Source of the DNA: the human T2T-CHM13v2.0 reference genome, Homo sapiens
Length of the DNA stretch: 64,000 nt
Strand: one strand, 5' to 3'
Assembly (NCBI RefSeq): GCF_009914755.1
Contig: NC_060932.1
Each line of letters starts with the position of its first letter. The stretch's first letter is position 1. The notes below the pieces were generated by a model, which had not been told where the DNA came from, searched no databases, and saw nothing but the letters and a program-made list of their open reading frames with translations. This document shows positions 43,333 to 55,584 of this stretch, piece after piece. Both the position numbers and the translations under genes were made by a program.

Positions 43333-45000
43333 GTTATTAGTTCAAAAGGGTAAGACAAATGTTCAGGCTGTTTTTATCTCTAATAGCTTTATTTTTTATT
43401 TTTAATGTATGTGTGTACATAGTAGGTAAGTATATACATGGGGTACATGAGATATTTTGATACAGGCATACAATGTATAATAATCAAATCAGGGTAAATG
43501 AGGGTATCTATCACCTAAAGCATTTATAATTTCTTTATGTTACAGATATTTCCATTAAAGTCTTTTAGTTATTTTTAAATGTACTATAAATTATAGATGA
43601 CTGTAGCCACCTTGTTATGCTATTAAATACTAGATCTTATTAATTCCATCTAACTATGTTTTTATACCCATTAACCACCCCACTTCCTCCCCCCAGCTAT
43701 GCTTCCCAGCCTGTGGTAAATTTCATTCTACTCTCTAGTTCCATGAGTTTAGTTATTTCAATTTTTAGCTCCCACAAATGAATGAGAACATGTGAAGTAT
43801 ATCTTTCTTTGTCTGACTTACATCATTTAATATAACATCCTCCAGTTCTATCCATGTTGTTGCAAATGACAGGATCTCATTCTTTTTGTGGCTGAATAAC
43901 ATTCTATTGTTTATATGTACCAAATTTTCTTTATCCATTCATCTCTTGATAGACACAAAAGTTGATTCCACATCTTGGCTATTGTGAATAGTGCTACAAT
44001 AAACGTGGGGTACAGAAGGCTCTTTGATATACTAATTTCCTTTATTTGGTGTACATATCTAGCAGTAGAATTGCTGGATCATATGATACTTCTACTTTTA
44101 GTTTTTGAGAAACCTCCAAGCTGTTCTCTATAGCAGCTGAGCTAATTTACATATTCACCAACAGTAAATGAGGGTTCTCTGCTCTCCACATTCTTGCCAG
44201 CATTCGTTATTGCCTGTCTTTTGAATAAAAGCCATCCATTTTAACTGAGGTGAGATCATATATCATTTTAGTTTTGAGTTGCAATTCTCTAAAAATCAAT
44301 GATGTTGAGCACCGTTTCAAATACCTGTTTGCCATTTGTATATCTTCTTTTCAGAAATGTCTATTAAGATCTTTTGCTCATTTTTAAATCAGGTTATTAG
44401 ATTTTTTTCTATTGATTTGTTTGAGCTCCTTGTATATTCTGGTTATTAATATCTTGTCAGATGAATAGTTTGCATACATTTTCTTCCATTTTGTGGATTG
44501 TCTCTTCACTTTGTTGATTTTTTTGTTTTGCTGTGCAGAAGCTTTTTAAATTGACGTGATCCCATTTGTTCATTTTTACTTTGGTTGCTGTGCTTTTGAG
44601 CATTGCTCAATAAAACTTTGCATAGACTAATACCTGGAGAGTTTCCCCAATGTTTACATGGAGTAGTTTCACAGTTTGAGGTCTTAGATTTCAGTCTTTA
44701 ATCCATTGTTATTTGATTTTTGCATATGATGGGAGATAGGAGTCTAGTTTTATTTTTCTGTGTATGGATATTCAATTTTCCCAGCACCATTTATTGAAGA
44801 GAATGCCCTATCCCCAATGTGTGTTCTTGGCACCTTTGTCAAAAATGAGCTCGCTGCAGATGGATTTCTTGCCACGTCCTCTATTTTCTCCCATTGGTCT
44901 ATGTGCCTGTTTTTATGCCAATACCATGCTGTTTTGGTTACTATAGCTCTCTAGTATAATTTGAATTCAAGTAATATGATTCATCCAGGTTTATCCTCTA

Positions 45001-45162
45001 AAAAATATAGAAACAAGGTCTTGCTCTGTCACCAAGGCTGGCATGCAGTAGCGTGATCATAGCTCACTGCAACCTTTAACTCCTGGACTTAAGCAATCCT
45101 CCCACTTCAGCCTTCCCAGTAGCTGGGGCTACAAGTGTGTGCCATCAGATATGGCAATTTTT
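45001..45162 (-). mobile_element. Alu monomer (FRAM/FLAM or AluJ arm) in L1
   Basis: gtgatcatagctcactgcaacc...ctcctggacttaagcaatcctccc. Confidence 0.85.
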
Positions 45163-46038
45163 TATTCTTTTGCTCAGAATGTCTTTGGCTATTTTGAGTC
45201 ATTTGTGATTCCATATAAATTTTAGAATTATTTTTAATATTTATGTAAATAATATTATTGATATTTTGATGGGGATTGCATTGAGTCTATAGATTTCTTT
45301 GGATAGTATAGACATTTTAACCATATTGATTCTTCCAATCTATGAACATAGAATATCTTTCTTTTCTTTTTTGGTTTCCTCTTTAATTTCTTGCAACAGT
45401 GTTTCATAGTTTCTGTTGTAGAGATTTTTCACGTCTTTGGTAAGTTTATTCCTATGTATGTTATTTTATTTCTAGTTATTTTAAATGAGATTACTTCTTT
45501 ATTTCTTTTTCAGATAGCTCACTGTTAGCATATAGAAATGCTACTGATTTTATATGTTGATTTTGTATCTGCAACTTTACTGAATTTATCTGTTCTAATA
45601 GTTTTTTGGTGGAGTCTTTAGGTTTTTTACAAATATAAGATTATATCATCTGCAAACAAGGATAATTTGACTTATTTCTTTCTAATTTGGATATCCTTTT
45701 TTTCCTTCTGATTGCTGTAGCTGGAAGTTCCAGTACTATGTTGAATAACAGTGGTAATAGTGGGCACCCTTGTCATGTTCCATATCTGAGACGAAAGGCT
45801 TTCAGTTTTTTCATATTCAGTGTGATACTAGCTGTGGGTCTCTCATATATGGCTTTTATTGTTTTCAGGTAGGCTTCTTCTATACCCAGTTTTTGAGGCT
45901 TTTCATTGTGAAGGAGTGTATGCTTTTTCATCATCAGTTGTAGTATGTTTTTTGTTCTTCATTCTGTTGATATGATGTATCACATCGAATGATTTTCATA
46001 TGATGAAATATCCTTGCATCCCACTGAGTCAATAATAA

Positions 46039-46387
<349 letters not shown>

Positions 46388-49300
46388 AAATGATCTTTTA
46401 AATGTGTCGTGAATTCATTTTGCCTAGTGTTTTGTTGAGGATTTTTGCATCAATGTTCATCAGAGATACTGGCCTGTAGTTTTCTTCTCTTTATGTGTCT
46501 GTGTGTGGTTTTGGTATCAGAGTAATATTGGCATCATAGAATGAATTTGGAAGTTTCTCTCTTCCTCTATGTTTCAGAATAATTTCAGTAGGATTGCTGT
46601 TAGTTCTCCTTTAAATGGTAAAATTCAGCAGTGAAGTCATCAGGTCCCAGGCTTTTGTTTGCTGGGTGACGTTTTATTATGGCTTTTATCTTGCTCCTAG
46701 TTATTGGGCTATTCAGGTTTTGGATTTCTTCATGATTCAATGTTTGTTGGTTGTGTGTGTTTCAAAATTTGTTCATTTCTTTTAGGTTTTTCAATTTATT
46801 GGCATGTAATTGGCATGTAGTAGTCTCTCATGATCCTTTGAATTTCTGCAGTATTGGTTGTAGTATCTCCTTTTTCATCTTTAATTTTATTTCTTTAAAT
46901 ATTTGCTCTTTTTTAATCAGTTACTGTGGCTAAAAATGTGTCAATTTTACTTATCTAAAAACAACAACCTTTCATTTCATTGATCTTTTGAATTTTTTAA
47001 ATTTTCATTTCATTTATTTCTGCTCTGATCCTTATTCTTTCTATTCTTTTACTAATTTTGAATTTAGTTTGCTCTTGCTTTTCTAGTACTTTAAGATGCA
47101 TCATTAGGTTGTTCATTTGAAGTTTTTGTACTTGTTTGATGTAAGCACTTACTGCTCTAAACTTTCCACTTAGTACTGGTTTTGTTATAACCTATAGGTT
47201 TGGTATGTTGGATTTTCATGTTCATTTGTTTCAAGAAAATTTTCAATTTTCTCCTTAATTTCTTCATTGACCCACTGGTCATTCAGGAGCATATTGTTTA
47301 ATTTCCATGTGTTTGTATAGTTTCCAAAGTTCTTGTTATTGATTTCTAGTTTTATTCCACAGTGATCAGAGAAAATTCTTGATATGATTTTCAAATTTTG
47401 TGAATTTTTAAGACTTGTTTTGTGGTATGATCTGTCTTAGAGAATGATCCATGTCCTGAGGAGAATAATGTGTACCCTGCAGCCATTGGATGAAATGTTC
47501 TGTAATATCCATTAGTTCCATTCGTCCTATAGTGCAAATTAAATCTGATTTTTTCTTTTTGCTGATTTTCTCTCTGGGTTATATTTCCAATGCTAAAAGT
47601 GATGTGTTGAAGTCTCCAGCTATTATTGTAATGAGGTCTATCTCTCTTTTCAGCTCTAATATTTGCTTTATATATCTTGGTGCTTCAATGTTGGGTGCAT
47701 ATGTATTATAATTGTTACATCCTCTTGCTGAATTGAGCCTTTTATTATTATATAATTATCTTCTTTATATCTTTTTATAGTTTTTGTCTCAAAATCTAAT
47801 TTGTCTGATATAATTATAGCTACTCTTGCTCTTAATTTCTGCTCTGTTTCCATTTGCATGAAATATCTTTTTCCAACTCTTTATTTTCACTCTATGTACA
47901 GCTTTGTAGGTGAAGTGTTTCTAGTAGGCAACAAATAGTTGGATCTTGGTTTCTGTTTTTTGTTTTGTTTTGTTTTTAATCCATTCAGCCCCTCTGTTTT
48001 CTTGTTGTTTTGTGGTCTTTCTTTCTTCCTTTCTTGTAAGAAAAGTCTAGTGTCGGTGATATCCCTCAGCTTGTGTTTGTCTGGGGAAGTCTTTATTTCT
48101 CCTTCATGTTTGAAGGATATTTTAGCTGGATAAAAATACAAGGAAAAAAAAGTTTTTTTCCCCTTTGGCACTTTAAATATACCATGCCATTTTTTTTCTG
48201 TCGTGTAAGATTTGCACTGTGAAGTGAGCTGCTAGATGTATTGGAGCTTCTTTTCATGTTGCTTGTTTTTTTTTCTATTGTTGCCTTTAGTATCCATTCT
48301 TTATCCTTGATTTGGGGGAGATTATTATTAAATGTCTTGAGGTATTCTTATTTGAGTTAAATCTGCTTGGTGTTGTATAACCTTCTTGTACTTGGATATT
48401 GATATCTTTCTCTAAGTTTGGAAAGTTTTTTGTTATCACCTCTTTGAATAAACTTTCTCTCCTGATTTTTCAATTTACCTCCTCTTTAGGGCCAGTAACT
48501 GAGATTTGCCATTTTAAGGCTATTTTCTAGATCTCTGTAAGTGTGCTTCATTCCTATTTATTCTGTTTTCTTTTGATCCTTTTGCCTGTATATTTCCAAA
48601 TAGCGTTTCTTCAATCTCACTAATTCTTTATTCCGCTTGATCCACTCTGCTGTTGAGAGACTCTGACATATTCCTCAATAAAATTTTTCAGCTCCAGAAT
48701 TTCTGCCTGATTTTAAAATTATTTCAACCTCATTGTTAAAATGATCTGATAAGATTCTGAATTCCTTCTCTGTGTTTTCTTTAATTTAGTTAAACTTCCC
48801 CAAAACAGCTATTTTAAATTGTCTCTCTGAAAGGTCATCTATCTCTGTCACTCTGGGATTGGTCACCAGTTACCTATTTAGTTCACTTGGTGAGGTATGT
48901 TTTCCTGGATGGTCTTGATGCTTGTGAATGTTTGTCAATGTCTGGGCATTGAAAAGTTAGTTACATATTCTAATCAGAGTCTGGGCTTGTTTGTCCCCAT
49001 ATTCTTGAGAAAGCTTTCCAGATATTCAAAGGGAATTGAGTATTGTGGTCTAGCTTTTTGGTCACTGCACCTGTATTTTCATTAGGGGGCACCACAAGCC
49101 CAGTAACACCGTGACTCCTTGAAGTGATGCCATGGTGGTGTTGGGTAAGGTCTAGAATTTCCTGGATTATAATGCAGTCTCTTGTTCTCTTCCCTTACTT
49201 TCCCCCAAACAAACACTGTCTTTTTCCATGTCTAGCTGCCTAGAATTGAGGAGAGGTACATCTTAAGCCAGCACAGTACTGAGTCTTGCCCAAGGCTTGT

Positions 49301-50385
49301 AGAAACCATTTCCTGGCTACAGATGATGTTTACACAAGACCGTAGGGTTCTTTAGTCAGCAGATGATGAATCCTCCCAGGAATAGGTTTTTCCTTCAGGG
49401 CAACAGGTTCCCTTCTGACCCAGGGTGGATCTAGAAATGTTGTCCAAGAACTAGGGCCTGGAATCAGGACTTTAGGAATCTGTTTGGTGTTTATTTTGCT
49501 ATGGCTCAGCTGGTACTGAATTTACATGATGAAGTCCTCTTTATTTTTCACTATCCTTTCTTCAGGCAGAAGTCTCCTCATGGCCATTATTACCTCACGC
49601 CTATGGCAACTATGGCTACCACTGATGCTTATACAAAGCCTTAGGGCTCTTTTGTCAGCAGGAGATGACTTCTGCAAAGAGTGCATTTTTTCCTTCGTGA
49701 CAGAAGGTTCCCTCTGGCCCAGGGTGGGACTAGAAATATCATCCATAAGCATACTGGAATGGGAACTTCAGGACTCTGCTCGATGCTTTATTTTACCATG
49801 ATTAAACTGGTATTGAAGTTGCAAGACAAATATCCTCTTTACTGTCTCATCTCCTCTCCCACAGTGGAAGAAAGGAGTCTCTCCCAGAGCAACTCCAGAC
49901 CATATGGAGGTAGAGGATGGGTGACACAGCACTCCCCAGCGGGTGTCCCACTGCATGTGTTCACCCCAAGTCCACTGGCTCTGAGCCCAGTATAGCAGCA
50001 GGAATTGCCTAGGAATTGCAGTCCTTGTGGCCCAGACTTTCAAGTTTATTTGGGACCCCAGTTTACTTGACCCTACTGTGGTGAGGCTAGCTGGAACTCA
50101 GGTTCCAACCTCTAGGATGGATGATTCCCCTCTGGTCAGGGCTAGTTTAAATGCTCCCTCTGTGGCCACTGGGTGAATTCTACCCTCTGTTGCTTTCTTC
50201 TCTGACTTAGCAGTGCTGAGTTCCAATGCAAAGTCCTATAATCACTTCACTCTCTCTTCCCCAAGCACACTGATTCTCTTCCCCTGCTGTGTGGAACTTT
50301 TGGAGAATGGGAGAGGGGTGGTTGTAGAAAATTTGAAATTTTCTTTTCTATGCTCTTCACTGCCTTTTTCCTTGATATGACGCTA

Positions 50386-50659
50386 TAAGGTGAGTGCGAA
50401 AGTATTGCATTTTTTGCATTGTTGGAATTTGATATTGGAATATGTATGTAAGTAAATGTGTTTATGGTATACATCATCTTAATGGGCACTTCTTGCTTTA
50501 TTTATTTGCTAATGACTTTTTATTTGCTGTTTATTTTATGTTTATTGTAGACTATGGAAATGATTTGAGACAAAAAGCAAAGTCAAGCTATTTTCTTACT
50601 CGAGTTCAAAATGGGTCATAAAGCACCAGAGACAACTTTCAACATCAACAACACTTTTG
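50386..50659 (+). mobile_element. Hsmar1 mariner 5' fragment (left TIR, 5'UTR, first ~35 transposase codons, nonsense-mutated)
   Basis: TA then taaggtgagtgcgaaagtattgc TIR; from ATG 50554 reads MEMI*DKKQSQAIFLLEFKMGHKAPETTFNINNTF versus Hsmar1 MEMMLDKKQIRAIFLFEFKMGRKAAETTRNINNAF. Confidence 0.93.
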
Positions 50660-50739
50660 TTAATAGATCAGATTAGATTAATAATTGCTACCCATAAACA
50701 TTTTATAACATCAAACGTGTCATTTTCATTATTTTCTTA

Positions 50740-52010
50740 CCTTTTTAATATGAAATAATTTCAAACTTAGAAGAAAATTTTCAAGAATAAGACAGAGAAC
50801 ACTAAAATATTCAACACCCCTTCCTTTCTATTGCTAACATTTTACCACATTTGCATTATCATATTTTTCCTCACTAAGGATGATTGATAAATGGGTGGAA
50901 GAATAAGCAGACATAACATATTTTTTCTAGATCAATTAAATTTAAGTTGAGGTCGTGCAGTCATGATTCCCTCTTGCCCTAAAGTTTTCTAGGTCTCTGC
51001 TGGGAAGATCAGCTCTGTACCCTACAGCGGCTTCCTACTTACACCTGTTTAGAATCACAATTTTAATTTCCTCTTTTTTTTCTTCATGTGTCTCTCTTTT
51101 TTCCTTCTTTGTTTCTTCAAGAAGATCAATAGTTAGCTAGAATACTTTGAAAAGTATAATATAACCACAAAATTTAGGAAATTAATATTCCTCATAATAC
51201 TACTCATCTAATCTATAAATCCCATTAATGTTTTACCCACTATTCCGATAAAGAACTCAGCTAAAACATCCAGGACTACACCTAATATTTATTTGTCATG
51301 TCTTCTTAGTCACCTTCAATCTGCAACAATTCCTCAGTCTTATCTTTGATGATCATAGTATTTTTAAAGACTTTAAGCTTCCATTTTGTTGAGTATCTTT
51401 ATGGTTATCTGATACATCTCTTCTTCCTCCCCTGCTTAGATTGTAGTTAAACATTAAGGACAAAAATATCACAGAAGTGATACTATATTCTCATTATATC
51501 TTACCAGGTGGTACAAGATTTTGATTTCTTTGACTATTGGTGATGTTAATTTTGGTCATATGGTTAAAGTGGCATCTGCCAAATTTCTCCTGTTGCTATT
51601 TTCAAATCAATGTATCTGAGTAATGTATCTAATTAATACGTCTTTTGTGGAAAGATTCTTTGATACTAAAGTCCGATTTCTTGTTACTTTTCACCCAATA
51701 ATTATAACATCAATTGATGATTTTTCTCTGGTCAATTGTAACGGTTATTATTGCCAAATGGTGACTCTCTAATTTCATCAGTTCTTATGCATTTACCACC
51801 TGGCATTCCACATTAAGGAAGAATTATTTTTTTCTCTCACATTTACTCATATATTTATTTATATCAGTATAACCTCATGAATTCTACTTTATTTATTAAG
51901 GTATAGTCTGCCATTACTATTACATATATTGATATTCAAATCGTCCCATATTTTGTAGGTACATCCTAGACAAGTTGGCTTTTATCTTGTTTTAACATGC
52001 CTGCATCATT
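50740..52010 (-). mobile_element. Ancient L1 (L1MC4/ME-like) 3' region
   Basis: aaataatttcaaacttagaagaaaa, ttgccaaatggtgactctctaattt. Confidence 0.55.
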
Positions 52011-54011
52011 CCTCAGGCACCTTTTTAGGTTCTGGACACACTCACACCCACATATCTTTGTCTATTTATATTTTAGTTGTTCCTTTTTATTTTCGTAGCC
52101 CAAACATAAATTCTTCAAAGCCTAGGATATTGCCTCTTTATGCTTTTTTGTTTATCTCAGATACTTCACTTGCCAGCTATGGACACTTAGCACATAATAA
52201 CTGATTTCTCAGCTTTGCTGAAGTGACTTTCCTGACAGAGAAGAGAACAAAGCTCTAGTTCTACATCCAGACTATTTTTGGTCTCACTTTTGATGCTGAA
52301 CTCACTACTAGTAGTGCAGAGATGCCAGTGAACAGAGAAAGATGTGGGTGGTAGCATTTAAAAATATACACTACTGTTCACATAACTTACTTCTTTTCTT
52401 ACTATTGGGAAGAAAATAAAAAGGTAATGTGAAAGTAGAAACTAGCAGTTAGATACATCCTGTTTTTTTAAGTCAGTTTGACCTTAGAAAAATTTAGCCA
52501 CTTAAAACTTCTGAACTTCTTATTTCCTATCTATATATTTATAAATAGGAAAGTTTTACTGATCTCTTCCAACTTCAAAATTCAGTAAGTCAAAACTTGT
52601 CCAAAATATTGTTTCATCTTTGAGTAAGGCTGTCAGGAATCACAAAAAACATAGATGCATCAGGGATTTTCAGATTCAGAAATAAAAGTTGACATGTCAG
52701 TCACAGGGAACAGACAAAGCCAGTGACAGTGTCTGAGGACTTATGAGCCATGTGTCATCTGTGGGGTTTACATAAAGCTGTCCATGCTAAATCTTTAATA
52801 AAAGTCTGTCTCACAGCATGGAATCAAATTTCCAATTGGTGAATATTTAAACAAATTTCCTATAATACTTTATGTGAGCAAATCTTATATTCTTATTAAT
52901 GGTCTAGAAGGACTTGACATTGTATATCATCAAGTTATAATCAATAAATATCTCAATAATATTTTCATATTTTTGTTAAATTTTTGTTAAATATTTATTT
53001 TCAAAATTTTGTTATCTAATATAAGATAAACACAAAGCACAGCTGTGGATTTTTTTTCAATGTAAACCCCAAAATTTCACAAGCTGTGAATGGCTAATTT
53101 TAAACATTCATAATATATGTTTTTCTGTAATAACATATTCCAACATACTGTATTTTTCTAACTTTAAAACAACTGCTTTGACAAGTTTATATAGATTTCT
53201 TTATAAACGTCTCTCTACTTCTTTAACATGAAGTAGATGTAGTATGTATTTCTTTAACATGAAGTAGATAGACATTTATATTATATCCAAAATTCACTAA
53301 GAATTCATATTTTATTTTTCAACATTTCTTTTGTTTACAATCAGAATTTGTTAAAAAATATTACTGTGAAATTTACAAAATAAAAACTGGAAACAAATTA
53401 AAAAGCTAATATACAACTAAAGGTCAAATGATTTTAAAATGACTATCTATTATGACAACTATTTCATTTTAAAATGTTGTTATATGAAACACAAACTGAA
53501 AATATTTTACAACATATTATATTTTCCTGTGAAGAAAATGTCTATTAGAACAGTATTTGTTTTCTCCTTAAATAAAGAATAAAAAAAATTTTATTCTACT
53601 CTGTCAAATATTCCTTGATTTCACTTCTAGAAAGATGATTCCCTTTGGTGTAGATTTCTCAACTTACTCACTCATGAAGAGTTGGATTTCCAAACTGCAG
53701 TCAATTGACCTGGGATTTGGAGTTGACCTTTAACAGTACAATAGTATAAGCTTCAACAATTTTTCTTCATTGACAGATTAGAGTTCTCTAATGCTGTTTT
53801 CATATAACAATATTTCATTACAAGTTTTATTTCATTTTTAACATTCAAAAATCAAGAAAATTAATAAAACAGTTGATTTATTTATAACATTAAATAAAGC
53901 AACCAAATAAGTTTAGTGAACTAGGGCTGTATACATGTGGGTCTTATTTATTTGACATATATCTAATTTATTCTTTTAACTAAGTTTTGTGATCCATGTC
54001 CCTAAACTTAG

Positions 54012-54388
<377 letters not shown>

Positions 54389-55338
54389 AAAACAGTTTTT
54401 ATAAAATACTTTCCAGTTTTATAAATTAATATTCTTTATTGTCAGCATATGTATGCATTCCAAGAACATAGCATTTTTTTTAGTCACATAACCGTAAGTA
54501 GAATTTTCTCAGAATAAAGCTCTTTATTGTAACAGTAAAATTTCTCTAATTTTTGTAATATATTTCATTTACTTTGAGGAATATTTAATAATTCAACATG
54601 TGCTAAGCCTGACCATTGCTGGAAGGTAAACCTTAAAAGAAACCACTTCTTGTGTATACTTTTTAAAGTTCATCAAATACTTTTAGCCCAACATGTACCT
54701 CCATGCAAGTAGTGTTTTCCAAACAGAGAAAATTATTTTGCCTATGCATAGTTGTGGAAAAATTCTATGAAAGTTTTATATATAGAGAGAGAGAGAGAAT
54801 TTACACTATATATATATAAAATTTACACTATATATATATACACACATATATATATAGTGTAAATTCTAAAGTTACACATCATCCCATTAAACTTTGCCCC
54901 TCGGCAATCATCGTAACTGGTAATTCATTAACAGAAATTAACAGTATAAAGCAAATATTGAAGCTGAGTTGAAATAATAAGAATCAAAGAAACAATCAGT
55001 GTAAATATAGATGGGAAAGCTAATGGGAAAAAAAGCGTTTTCCCTTAACTTGGCAATTTTGTTGCACCATAATCCTTACTTTTATTAGTAAATTGAAAAT
55101 ATTATGTTTCCAGACAAATACAATAGATATTGGATTTTCTATTTGACCTATGCATGCTGTTTTGCATGTTAAAGTTTCCCTGGCTTAACCATGACAAGAG
55201 CATTAACCTCTGGGTAAATCCTCCAGTCTTCTGGATGGTATGATATATGTTACATCAATGGACCTCATGGTCATGGATCCACTCCCACCCCATGGTGTTT
55301 CTTCATTCTTATGTTGCTTCTGCTTTAGCTGTCATTTA

Positions 55339-55416
55339 TAAAACTATATATATATATATATATATATAGTGGATATACATAAAACTATATATATATATAG
55401 TGGATATATATAAAAC

Positions 55417-55456
<40 letters not shown>

Positions 55457-55534
55457 AAAGAAAGCCCACTTGATTGTGATTAATTAACTTTTTGATATGT
55501 TGCTGGATTTGGTTTGCTAGAATTGTGTATGTAT

Positions 55535-55579
<45 letters not shown>

Positions 55580-55584
55580 GTTTT
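55339..55584. repeat. Complex (TA)n/(CA)n/(TG)n repeat with an embedded 71-bp L1 copy
   Basis: Tandem taaaac(ta)n-gtggatata units; CA and TG arms flank 55458-55528. Confidence 0.9.

Noticed and set aside
43013-43405. 130-aa F/S/L-rich and 91-aa K/R/E-rich ORFs
   Set aside because: Translation of the polypyrimidine repeat
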